Below, piece by piece: positions 1-9,133 of a DNA stretch of 64,000 bases (positions within the stretch are counted from its first letter, which is position 1; each line of letters opens with the position of its first letter). This DNA comes from a virus: IMG/VR virus record IMGVR_UViG_3300045922_000293, positions 49,161 to 113,160 of that record, one strand, 5' to 3'. Both the position numbers and the translations under genes were made by a program. The notes beneath the pieces are model-generated. The model worked only from the letters and a program-made list of their open reading frames with translations, did not search any database and was not told the DNA's origin.

Positions 1-3
1 GCT

Positions 4-1215
4 TTGGCAAATAATGAGGACGTCACGAGTAAGGAGTTTAGGCGTAATCGCAGGCTGTTCGAGGCGCGCTTTTGTGAGGAGATCGGCGGACGTTTTGTGT
101 CCGTGAAAAATGATCCTGTGACGCAGAATGATATGCGCACATGGGTACGTCAAAACATCTTCCATACAGATAAGGCACAGGTTGAGGAGTATGTGCTCCC
201 TGATGTTGTTAGAGGCAATACTTCGATTCACATGCACCCTGATGTGCAGATCGCGTATCGTGAGGTCACATCTAAGATCCGCCTTCATATGCAAGGCCTT
301 GTGGAGAAGTTTAGGGATCAGAAAAGTACCGTGAGATCCCGTGATAAGATCGTAACTTCTGCCCGCACGAAGTTGGGTCCTGAGTTCAAGAAACTCATGC
401 TTCTTGCGAATCTACCTGATAAAGTCATCCCTGGCGTTCCGAATCCAAAGATTCAACAGTCAATCCGAATCGTAGAAGAGCGGATTGAGAAGAGTGATCG
501 TGTGATCTTTTTCACCGATCTTCCTGAAATGGCGGAGGAGAATGCCAAGCGTCTTAGTATGGAGTACCCGGGTACGCTCCATGCGTGCTGTCTCTCAAGC
601 AAGATCTATCTCTATCGTAATGGTGAGATTGATCAGACGTTTAGGAAAAAAGCCTATAAGTCAAGCACCCGATCCTATGCGGCGGATGAATGGCAAATGT
701 ATGTGATGCATGAATACATCAAGCCTAACACGTTTGATGTGCTTACCGCTAGCCTTACGGCGTCTTATGCGAAGGGTCATAATTTACAGGAGTTCACCAC
801 GATCGTTCACCTTGATCGGGATTCTTGGAATGCTGAAATGATGCAACAGCGTGAGGCTCGTAGCTGGCGTCAGGGCCAAAAAACATCAGTGGACTGCATC
901 ACCCTTGATGTGGTATATAGTGAGACGGCGGATGATTATGATCGCACACTGGATGAGATCATGCGATTCAGTCAGGAGATGGAGGAGCAGTTGTTTAATG
1001 ATATTATCGTCGCAAGTCAGACCCAAGCGCTTGGTGAAGAGTATTTCACGATGGAGCAGGAGACGACTACGAAGTATCAGGCGCAGCGCAAGATCATGGA
1101 GATGTCACTTTCCCCGTATGCGACGAATCATGCTAGGGCCGTGGAGGATTCTAACAACGGGGCCATGGTAGAGGAGGAGGATTTCACGGATCTTAACTTT
1201 CCTTTATTTGCCTAA
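4..1215 (+). CDS. SNF2/SF2 helicase, C-terminal part (5'-truncated by window edge)
   Basis: Helicase-C motifs: VIFFT, GHNLQ..TIVHLD..WN...QREARSWRQGQ; the frame is open from the window start. Confidence 0.8.
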   Translation: MANNEDVTSKEFRRNRRLFEARFCEEIGGRFVSVKNDPVTQNDMRTWVRQNIFHTDKAQVEEYVLPDVVRGNTSIHMHPDVQIAYREVTSKIRLHMQGLVEKFRDQKSTVRSRDKIVTSARTKLGPEFKKLMLLANLPDKVIPGVPNPKIQQSIRIVEERIEKSDRVIFFTDLPEMAEENAKRLSMEYPGTLHACCLSSKIYLYRNGEIDQTFRKKAYKSSTRSYAADEWQMYVMHEYIKPNTFDVLTASLTASYAKGHNLQEFTTIVHLDRDSWNAEMMQQREARSWRQGQKTSVDCITLDVVYSETADDYDRTLDEIMRFSQEMEEQLFNDIIVASQTQALGEEYFTMEQETTTKYQAQRKIMEMSLSPYATNHARAVEDSNNGAMVEEEDFTDLNFPLFA

Positions 1216-1260
1216 CGCAAAGATGGTGGGGTGAGCCCCATCTCACCCTTTGAACGGAGT

Positions 1261-1566
1261 ATGAAGACGATGCGTCGTAGAGCACAACAAACGGTTTTGA
1301 ATACGCCAGAAGACTGGCAAGTTTATATTAGTGGCTTGTCAGATGAGGATCTACAGGCTAAGGCACGCGGGGCGAATAGTCTTGAATTCGTCAAACAGCT
1401 TAAATCGGAGGCGATGACCCCCGATGTGATTACAGATATTCTCACGAGATTCGCGCTAGAGCTGCAATCTCGTGGTTTGCTTGTCCCTGAGCGAGGGGAT
1501 GGGAGCTACTTATCTTATGCCGCCCTCCTTCGGGATACCACGCCTGATGAGGATGTGGAGTTATAA
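1261..1566 (+). CDS. hypothetical protein
   Basis: Compact ORF in the gene array; GGAG just before ATG 1261 (track start is 1231). Confidence 0.65.
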   Translation: MKTMRRRAQQTVLNTPEDWQVYISGLSDEDLQAKARGANSLEFVKQLKSEAMTPDVITDILTRFALELQSRGLLVPERGDGSYLSYAALLRDTTPDEDVEL

Positions 1567-1587
1567 TGGTCTAAAGTAGAGGCTTGC

Positions 1588-2196
1588 ATGAAAGCGTTAG
1601 TACAGCTCTATCATAGTGTGGCTTCGGATCCTCTGCATCGGAATGTGATTGAGACGTTGCATGACCTTTCTCTAGAGAAAGGCTGGCAAAATAAGCCCGT
1701 CCGTATGGTGGACCGTATCAATTTAGCTCAATCACAGATGCTTCAAGATATTGTAGAGGAGTTAGAGGAAGATTATGGGGTAGATGTAGATTCCTTGGGT
1801 CTTACCTCTATCTCTGTTCGTAGCTTGAAATCGATGGATGGTATTTCAGAAAAGATGCTCCGCGAGATCGCCAAGTTTGGGGATATGCATCTTATCCTCC
1901 GTGATGATCTTGTGCAAGCGATCTCTCAATTTTGTGAGGGTCAGGGTCTAGGTAAAGCAAAAGAGACGTCATACTCTTATTCTTCTGGATTATTGACTTT
2001 GAATGTTTTGAAGGTCCCTAAGAAGGTGGATGCAGAGTTTCAAAATCTTTTCATTCGTGCGTTGACGGAGTATTTAATCAAACATGTGCCTAGCGCAGCA
2101 AACATGTTGAAGTCTGGCACGTTGATCAAGGCTGCCATTGAGGACCAGGGGACGTTGAAGATCTCTTGGAGCCCTAAGAGCGTGGAGTTGGTGTAA
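1588..2196 (+). CDS. hypothetical protein
   Basis: 202-aa ORF, GAGG upstream, abuts the next gene. Confidence 0.75.
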   Translation: MKALVQLYHSVASDPLHRNVIETLHDLSLEKGWQNKPVRMVDRINLAQSQMLQDIVEELEEDYGVDVDSLGLTSISVRSLKSMDGISEKMLREIAKFGDMHLILRDDLVQAISQFCEGQGLGKAKETSYSYSSGLLTLNVLKVPKKVDAEFQNLFIRALTEYLIKHVPSAANMLKSGTLIKAAIEDQGTLKISWSPKSVELV

Positions 2197-2198
2197 GG

Positions 2199-3563
2199 AT
2201 GTCTGGGTATCCTCCCTATAACAAGCGATACCCCCCTTTTGACGGGTATAAGGATCGCAAGACATCCCCGTTAGAATGGGAGGATACGCAGTACCCGTTG
2301 GCCCCGCTCAACGTGAACGTGCAATGGTCGTTTAACTCCACGCTCCCCGCGATGGATCTCTACTGGGACCCGCCGCAGTGGCTGATCTTCAATGGTGTGT
2401 TCCGCATCATGGGCGTGAATATCTACCGTGCTCTCGATTCGGAATATGGGCCTTACTTCAGATTAAATACGGCCCCGTTAGGTTCTACTTTTTACAGGGA
2501 TGAGACGATCAATCAGGACGTGGTAAATGAAGACGTAAGTTCTCAGTTTTTGGTCCGCCGTCCGGATCGATGTGTGTTCAAGGTTCAAAATTATCCCATT
2601 GTGAAAGCACACACCAACAATTTGTTAGCGGATCATCCCCTCGATGTCGCCGTGACCATAGATGGTGTCCCTGTACAGGTGGCTCGTGTCTGGGGTGAGA
2701 CGGGTGAGGTGGAGTTGAGGACGGACATTCTCTATGACAGCTCTTCCAATGAGCGTACTTATCCGATCTTGCCGCGTGAAGATTCAGTTGTAACATGCTC
2801 CTATGCCTATAATGTCAACTTTATAACAAATACACTGAACCAGCGTATCTTTTACCGAATGACAACGGTCGGTGTTGACGAGTTTACGGGGGAGATGCGG
2901 GAGACGCCCTTACATTTAAGTGAAGCCAAATACCATCATCAAATGGAAAATGTGGATTATATTTGGAAGGAGGCGATTCATCGCAATAAATGGATTTTGT
3001 ATCAGGGTGGCGAGCGTGTTAAGGTGTTCATCCGTAAATATGTTGGGCCTAAATGCTCTTGTTATGATCAGACAATAGGCCAGCCGCGTAATAATTGTCC
3101 CGTCTGCTTTGGTACGGGCGTTCGGGGTGGTTATGAAGGTCCCTTTGAGATCTTGATCGCGCCCCCCGAGGCGGAGAAGACGATCCGGCAGACGGAGATC
3201 GGATTGCGCCAGGAGCAACAGTATGAATCATGGACGGGTCCGTCCCCTTTATTGAATCAGCGTGATTTTTTGGTCAAGTTGAATGGGGACCGCTACTCCA
3301 TCGGCGCGACACGTCTTCCCACCAATCGCGGAAATGTCTTGCAGCAACATTTTCAAGTGGGCCTGATTGATAGCCGCGACATCAGACAACAAGTGCCTGT
3401 GACGGGAACCTTACCCTTGGCCTATCCTCAAACGCGCACAAGGGATCATGATGAGGATGAATTGAGCGCCGTCACCTACCCCCAGATGACAGATAAGTGT
3501 AATATTGAGGCTGAGCGTGAGCAGCGCGGTAGAACGCCGACATTTGAAAATATAGTCTATTAG
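2199..3563 (+). CDS. putative virion neck/head-closure protein with FN3-like N-terminus and Cys cluster
   Basis: FN3-like pattern (PLNV..LYWDPP..GVNIYRA..YRMTTV), an inserted beta domain, then CSC-x-CPVCFGTG..GGY; sits among structural genes. Confidence 0.6.
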   Translation: MSGYPPYNKRYPPFDGYKDRKTSPLEWEDTQYPLAPLNVNVQWSFNSTLPAMDLYWDPPQWLIFNGVFRIMGVNIYRALDSEYGPYFRLNTAPLGSTFYRDETINQDVVNEDVSSQFLVRRPDRCVFKVQNYPIVKAHTNNLLADHPLDVAVTIDGVPVQVARVWGETGEVELRTDILYDSSSNERTYPILPREDSVVTCSYAYNVNFITNTLNQRIFYRMTTVGVDEFTGEMRETPLHLSEAKYHHQMENVDYIWKEAIHRNKWILYQGGERVKVFIRKYVGPKCSCYDQTIGQPRNNCPVCFGTGVRGGYEGPFEILIAPPEAEKTIRQTEIGLRQEQQYESWTGPSPLLNQRDFLVKLNGDRYSIGATRLPTNRGNVLQQHFQVGLIDSRDIRQQVPVTGTLPLAYPQTRTRDHDEDELSAVTYPQMTDKCNIEAEREQRGRTPTFENIVY

Positions 3564-3572
3564 GAGACCCAC

Positions 3573-4139
3573 TTGATTATTACCCCAACATCTCATGCTC
3601 ATCACGATTTGATCTCGATCTGTTTAAAACATTATCAAGGCATATGTTTTGCTCATGAGGGTATTCATCAAGACCGTGATGGTTTTCTAGAGGTGCATGT
3701 GCCTAGTTTTATCTTGACACATGACTTTTACAAGCAATTCTTTTCTCAGGTCTATAAAATAGCTTATAGGCATCGGAAAAGTCTTCTTAAAATTGCGGCG
3801 GTTGCGCATCCTGTAGATTCTGTGTCTATCGTACAGCCGTCTATAGATTTTGTGGACATGTTGAAAGTCACCGTAGATACCATGTATCAGGAATTTACTT
3901 TGAAATATGATGCGACGTGCCCCCATATAGTGACCGCGGTGTCGTCCCCTTCATCTTCCCATAAATTTTACCAAGCAATTCAAGCCCCCCAAATTCAGCA
4001 TGTATTTAGAAAAGCCAAGGCAAAACGGCTTCTTTTCCACCTTATAAAGGGGGATGAGACTCTCCCTCAAAAGACATCATGGTCTACACAACCCATTGTA
4101 TCATTTTTGAGGATTGAAGATCTTTATGAGGAAATATAA
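3573..4139 (+). CDS. hypothetical protein
   Basis: 188-aa ORF filling the gap; AGGAG before the TTG start. Confidence 0.6.
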   Translation: MIITPTSHAHHDLISICLKHYQGICFAHEGIHQDRDGFLEVHVPSFILTHDFYKQFFSQVYKIAYRHRKSLLKIAAVAHPVDSVSIVQPSIDFVDMLKVTVDTMYQEFTLKYDATCPHIVTAVSSPSSSHKFYQAIQAPQIQHVFRKAKAKRLLFHLIKGDETLPQKTSWSTQPIVSFLRIEDLYEEI

Positions 4140-4617
4140 CAAAAATCAAAACAGAAAGAGGGGTTTAAGTAACCTTGAGAGTAAGATTCAAGTCAGTAAA
4201 AATAAGGCTTTTGAGACTCGTTTGAGAAAGCAATTGCTTCAAGTGTTTAGGTTAGCAATTTTCCAAAGTAGATTTAAGCGCACTCCTAGGCGTTTTCTCA
4301 GGGCTGCGAACATAGAATTCAAAGACAATACAATCTGTGCGTATATAGATGCTGAGGGCGTCACGGCGCAAGATCAAGGAGTGCGTCGCCACTACATGAC
4401 CTATCTTCGTGGAGCGGGCCCGGTGATGATCAAGCAGGGGGTGTTTAGGAAAGCTCCGGCTAAAAACAGCCTCATAGCGGACCAATGGCTTCATAAAGGC
4501 TACAAGGGTAAAAAATTCATGCAACGCGCGCGCGCGCGGATGTTAGAGGTCCTCAAGAAAGAGCTTGCACAACACACCAAAAAAATGCTATTTGGCCGTC
4601 TAAGGGGCCAGAAATAG
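4126..4617 (+). CDS. basic protein, possibly HK97 gp10-like neck/tail-completion protein
   Basis: K/R rich; C-terminal W-x-H-K-G-Y-K-G-K-K-F-M-Q-R-A resembles the HPG..P.F...A end of gp10-like proteins. Confidence 0.45.
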   Translation: MRKYNKNQNRKRGLSNLESKIQVSKNKAFETRLRKQLLQVFRLAIFQSRFKRTPRRFLRAANIEFKDNTICAYIDAEGVTAQDQGVRRHYMTYLRGAGPVMIKQGVFRKAPAKNSLIADQWLHKGYKGKKFMQRARARMLEVLKKELAQHTKKMLFGRLRGQK

Positions 4618-4632
4618 CAATGAAGATCACCT

Positions 4633-5307
4633 ATGAAATTCAGGTTTTTTTTAATTCTGTTCTTAGTGGAGGGATGGATACAGCATAGGATCAACAGGAT
4701 GCAAGGATCTTTTAATGTTACGGTCTTGTGGCGGATTAAAAACAAAACGACTGCCACGTTGCACATGAAAGATTTAGGGGTGACATTAGAATCTGGGGGG
4801 GAATGTGAGATCGTTCAAGATCGCGCTTCATGGTCCCGTGATCTTCAAGACGCGTTGAGGACGGGTCGTGCAGAGCGCGTAGGGATCAGTCATCTTGAAG
4901 ACCCCTCTTCTATGCCGATTCCAACCCCCGCTCTAAAGCGCTCACCCCCTAAATCTTTGCAAAGTCCCCGTGAGATCTCCTTACCCCCCACCGTGGATCC
5001 GACAACGGAGATGGTTGCGGCGCTGAAGGTCAATAATGACCTTTTGACGAAGGTGGTAGACTTGTTATCCCGACCCCAAGCGGTGCCTACTCGTTTTGTG
5101 CCAGATAGTGCCCCAACGTATGCTCAAGATCGCATTCCTTGCCCTCGTGAGGAGGATCATGCGGTGTTTATCCCTAACTTTAAGATCGATGAGTCGAAGA
5201 TCAGCGTTGAGGGGGATATCGCTCGGGAAGAGAGCGCGAACGCGGAAGCATCCAAAGATGCCTCGGCGGCCTTGAAGCGGCTCAAGGCCAAAAATAAAAA
5301 GGCATAA
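4633..5307 (+). CDS. hypothetical protein (small N-terminal beta domain, Pro-rich linker, basic C-terminal helix); start probably near 4699-4726
   Basis: Long ORF directly upstream of the actin-like gene. Confidence 0.65.
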   Translation: MKFRFFLILFLVEGWIQHRINRMQGSFNVTVLWRIKNKTTATLHMKDLGVTLESGGECEIVQDRASWSRDLQDALRTGRAERVGISHLEDPSSMPIPTPALKRSPPKSLQSPREISLPPTVDPTTEMVAALKVNNDLLTKVVDLLSRPQAVPTRFVPDSAPTYAQDRIPCPREEDHAVFIPNFKIDESKISVEGDIAREESANAEASKDASAALKRLKAKNKKA

Positions 5308-5355
5308 GACTCTTTAGGGTATCCCCCGCCTACGCTGAAAGCGTAGGAAAATAGG

Positions 5356-5382
5356 TTGTGTTGTGATGATGCTTGTTATAGA
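5356..5382 (+). promoter_or_regulatory. putative promoter/operator, class TTG-N7-RTGA-N2-STTG-W-WRTA (copy 1)
   Basis: TTGtgttgtgATGAtgCTTGtTATAga; same spacing at 25005, 36384 and 52297. Confidence 0.5.
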
Positions 5383-5538
5383 GTGTTGTCGTGAGGTTCG
5401 CGGGATAGCGATAGCGCAACCTCATACCAAGTCTCCTCCGCTGAGATGCGAAAGAGCGGATATAAACGTGAGGAAAAGGTGCAAACCCCACATGATTGTG
5501 ATATTTCTCCTGCCTCACCACGGTGGGGGGATTATGGA

Positions 5539-6621
5539 ATGGCGGTCAAGCGTAAGCGTGGCCGGCCTAGAAAACACCCACAACAAGAGGAAGGAAGTAG
5601 CATGAATAGTGATAGCATTGAGCTGGTCGAAAATGGCGTGGGTTTGGATATTGGCACAATGAATATTGTGTCTGCCCGCCAACAGGAGGATCGCGTTCTG
5701 TTCCGTAAACAGCGCGACGCATTCTTTGATTTGGATATCACCGCAAAGCCTATGCTGAGGTTGAATAGGGTTCCGTTCATTCAGCAAGATGATCGCTTGA
5801 TCATCCTTGGGGATTCGGCACTTGCCTTTGCCAATGTGTTCAATAGGGAATTGCGTCGCCCCTTATCACAGGGGCTCATCTCGAATACAGATCGTGAGGG
5901 GGCGGAGATTCTTCAAATTCTGATCCAAAACACGATCGGGAAGCCTCAGGGGGATCAAGAAACGTGTTGCTTTAGCGTCCCCGGCAATCCTGTGGATCTG
6001 CCGGGCCGTGATAATGTGTATCATCGCGGGGTGTTCTCCAACATCCTCAAGGGTCTTGGGTATAAACCTATTGCGTCGAATGAGGCCCTTGCGGTCATCT
6101 TCAGCGAGACCGCGCCTGAGATGTTCAGTGGCGTCGCGCTATCCTTCGGCGCTGGCATGGTCAACATCTCCTGCGCCTATCAGACTCAGGCGGTGCAAGC
6201 TCTTCAGTTTGCGGTTGCGCGGTCGGGTGATTATATTGATCAACAATCGGCACAATCCCTAGGCTTAACGGCGGCGAAAATGTGCAAGATCAAAGAGGAT
6301 GGCATTGATCTTCGTAGCCCTTCTACGCAAGAGGAGAGCGCGCTTGCGTTCTATTATCAAGAGGTGATTCGCTATGCCTTGGGTCACATCGTAGATCGCT
6401 ATAAAATGACGGCGGGTCAGAGCATCAGCTTCCCCGAAGCTGTTCCGATGATTCTAAGTGGCGGCACGACACTCGTGAAGGGATTTCACGAGTTGTTCAG
6501 TGCAGAGTTTGAGCGCTGCCGCAAGAAGTTTCCGATCCCAATCAGTGAGATTCGCATGGCGACAGACCCCCTCAATGCCGTCGCTAGTGGACTCTTGATT
6601 CAAGCGCAGCAGGAAGACTGA
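5539..6621 (+). CDS. actin-fold ATPase (volactin/MreB/ParM superfamily), possibly with an N-terminal AT-hook; alternative start 5602
   Basis: Phosphate-1 GLDIGTMNI, connect NEALAV, phosphate-2 SFGAGMVN, adenosine LSGGTT, terminal DPLNAVASG; in-frame MAVKRKRGRPRKH upstream of ATG 5602. Confidence 0.9.
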   Translation: MAVKRKRGRPRKHPQQEEGSSMNSDSIELVENGVGLDIGTMNIVSARQQEDRVLFRKQRDAFFDLDITAKPMLRLNRVPFIQQDDRLIILGDSALAFANVFNRELRRPLSQGLISNTDREGAEILQILIQNTIGKPQGDQETCCFSVPGNPVDLPGRDNVYHRGVFSNILKGLGYKPIASNEALAVIFSETAPEMFSGVALSFGAGMVNISCAYQTQAVQALQFAVARSGDYIDQQSAQSLGLTAAKMCKIKEDGIDLRSPSTQEESALAFYYQEVIRYALGHIVDRYKMTAGQSISFPEAVPMILSGGTTLVKGFHELFSAEFERCRKKFPIPISEIRMATDPLNAVASGLLIQAQQED

Positions 6622-6824
6622 TTAGATACTCAGGGGCAGGACCCTCCTTTCAATGGGGGATTCTAAAAAGAGGTCTGAAAATGCGTGAGAAGGATGGGGT
6701 TGACTCTCCTCTTAGAACGTCCTAAATGAGACTAAAATTGACCGTTAAAGCCCTCGTATGCTTCTCAAAGCTAAGAGGGTTTTAATGAGATCGTCCATGG
6801 TAAACATAGGTTCCATCTCGCGCC

Positions 6825-8627
6825 ATGAATTATCAATATCTCACGACATCCATCAAGCGGAGGATGCTTGAAGACCTGAAGCGGCACTTCAGCTACATCC
6901 CTCAGCACAAAGATATTGTTGAGCACATCCGCTACAAGTACGACTTCAAGGAGAGGCCCCAGAAAGGCATCTTCTTGATGAACGTATCTGCCACCCCCAT
7001 GAAGCTGTCTACAGATAACTACATGGCGGGATTGCATTCTTATGTGATGCTCGGAAAACTTGATCTTGGTACATCACGGCCAAGCGGAATGTTCGTGGAT
7101 TGGGTCAAGGAAGATACGGAATTAATTGAACGTAACAAAGGCATCCCGCCTGCTTTTGCAGGGCAGTACAATCTTGAAATTCAATCCCGCATCGATCCAT
7201 CTACGAAAGAAACGGAATGGGATCTGTATGTGGACCCCATTTACAAGGTGCTTCAGGAGCCTTTGCTCACATTCGTTACGGGCAATGAAACTTCTGCAAA
7301 TCTTCAAAACATCCCTGTCTACCCGAATAGCCCGCGCCTGTATCTCAATGGGCGTACACAACTCCTAAGCGGACCTGTGTTCAGTCTTCAAGCCAATCAA
7401 AGTCTCATCATTCATGATCCCCTCTTTGGTTTACCTCAAGGTCAGATCCGTGTGAGGGCGTTGTCCCCACAGATGGCCCCGTACACTATTGTGGCGGGCG
7501 TGAATGATGTGTTGGCTTTTGAAGTGAACGGCACCCCCGTCACGGTGCTTCTTCCCCCAGGCGTGTATACAGCACAGCAGATGAAACAGGAGATTGACGC
7601 TGCCGCTCATGCGGAGAGTCTGTTTGCACCCGAGTATATCACGAATGTGGTGGGGGATCAGCTTGAGATCACGGGAATCACGTCTGTATTTTTTGAGGAT
7701 CATATCTTTTCCCCCGCCTCCCCCACTCTCGGCTTCCCCTCCGCTAGCTTTATTCCCCCTATTGCGCAGGGGGTGCTTTTCAGGCCCCGTGTATTGGACC
7801 ATCAAAATGTCATGACCTTGATTCTGGACGGTATTGAGTATGCCATCATCTTTGAGCCCGGCATGTATAAAGATGCTGTGGAGATTCGGGATAGGATTCA
7901 AGATCAATTGCCCGTTGGGGTAACCTTAGTGTTACAAGATGGGGGGGAGTACACAGTGGATAACGTGACGGGTGCGGTGACGTTCCATGTGGCGTTTAGC
8001 CCCGGTGATCACGTGATTGCGGATTATTCTTATCACGGGCCCTCCCGCGGGCCTATAGCCGTAAAGAAGAATCAAGAGGTGCGCCATGCCGTGGAAGGCG
8101 CGATGATAGCCCTTGGCGAGTCCTTTGAAGATAAAGATAAGTGTTTCATCTTGATTTTACCCCATCGTGTTCATACCGCGGATTTGTATGGGGGTAAGAC
8201 TGAGATAAGTTTGGATTTTGATATTATCGCCCGTGATCCGATGGATCGTGAGAGCCTTGTTGACATTCTTACGATGTATTTTCATCATTATGAAAATGAG
8301 CGGTTTGCTGAGGAGGGCTTAGGTATTACAAGTGTGAGCGGGGGTGGTGAGAGTGAAGAGGTCTATGATGATGTGGGGGACGATTATTTCTACAAAAGTA
8401 GTGTGAGTGTGTCTCTCCAAAGTGATTGGGAGGTAGCAGTGCCGCGCCCCCTCACCATTGAAAAGATTTTGCCCGTGACGTATGAGCAGGAGGCTTTATT
8501 AGCTGCGCGGGAGCGTGACATTCTCCCTCATGATCAGGTTTTGCGCCCCGTAGTGTCCGTGACTCAAGAAGAGATAAAAGAGAAGGCACGGCGTGGTTTG
8601 ACACCCTTTAAAGAGAGAATCCACTGA
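6825..8627 (+). CDS. putative tail terminator/completion protein with inserted decoration domains
   Basis: C-terminal SLDFDIIARD...SVSVSLQSDW fits tail-completion proteins; internal domains shared with the sheath. Confidence 0.55.
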   Translation: MNYQYLTTSIKRRMLEDLKRHFSYIPQHKDIVEHIRYKYDFKERPQKGIFLMNVSATPMKLSTDNYMAGLHSYVMLGKLDLGTSRPSGMFVDWVKEDTELIERNKGIPPAFAGQYNLEIQSRIDPSTKETEWDLYVDPIYKVLQEPLLTFVTGNETSANLQNIPVYPNSPRLYLNGRTQLLSGPVFSLQANQSLIIHDPLFGLPQGQIRVRALSPQMAPYTIVAGVNDVLAFEVNGTPVTVLLPPGVYTAQQMKQEIDAAAHAESLFAPEYITNVVGDQLEITGITSVFFEDHIFSPASPTLGFPSASFIPPIAQGVLFRPRVLDHQNVMTLILDGIEYAIIFEPGMYKDAVEIRDRIQDQLPVGVTLVLQDGGEYTVDNVTGAVTFHVAFSPGDHVIADYSYHGPSRGPIAVKKNQEVRHAVEGAMIALGESFEDKDKCFILILPHRVHTADLYGGKTEISLDFDIIARDPMDRESLVDILTMYFHHYENERFAEEGLGITSVSGGGESEEVYDDVGDDYFYKSSVSVSLQSDWEVAVPRPLTIEKILPVTYEQEALLAARERDILPHDQVLRPVVSVTQEEIKEKARRGLTPFKERIH

Positions 8628-8629
8628 TT

Positions 8630-9076
8630 ATGCCTATTTTTAAGTTTGATTGCCCTGAATGTGGGTTGACGTTTGAAAAATTGGTTCAAAACCGCAACAT
8701 AAAAGAGATGGAGTGTATTCATTGTGCTTTCACTGCTCAAAAGCGCCTTAGCGCGTTCAATTCACAGTTTGCGGACGCTAAAAATGCATCACGCGGATTC
8801 TCAGGTGTTTATGATCTTGATGTCAATTTAGACAAAAATTTAGGGCGTGATGCACAAAACCGCTGGGAGATCATTAAGAATCGTGAGTCTCAAAAAGATC
8901 GTATGCATGCATCCGTTGCGCAGCAAACAGGGGTGAAAGACGCTAGGGTGGCGCTCAAGCGTGATCTTGATTTGAAGGAGCCCGTGTATGAACCCATGAC
9001 CCGTCAAGAGGTTCTGACGAACGTGAAGTTAAGGCGTGAGGCCCGGGCTTATGAAGCGGAAATGAAAAAGGGTTAG
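8630..9076 (+). CDS. FmdB-family zinc ribbon protein
   Basis: MPIFKFDCPECG..FEKL....CIHC N-terminus. Confidence 0.8.
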   Translation: MPIFKFDCPECGLTFEKLVQNRNIKEMECIHCAFTAQKRLSAFNSQFADAKNASRGFSGVYDLDVNLDKNLGRDAQNRWEIIKNRESQKDRMHASVAQQTGVKDARVALKRDLDLKEPVYEPMTRQEVLTNVKLRREARAYEAEMKKG

Positions 9077-9133
9077 AGTTTTTATGTGAGGGGATGTGTG
9101 CTCCTACCTTTCACATCTATCTAAAAACAAGGT

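Noticed and set aside
5310-5540. tRNA, riboswitch or pistol ribozyme in the hairpin-rich intergenic regions (GGTTCG, GGTGCAAA, TTAGGG/CCCTAA)
   Set aside because: No cloverleaf or complete conserved core could be assembled; kept only as an unassigned motif.
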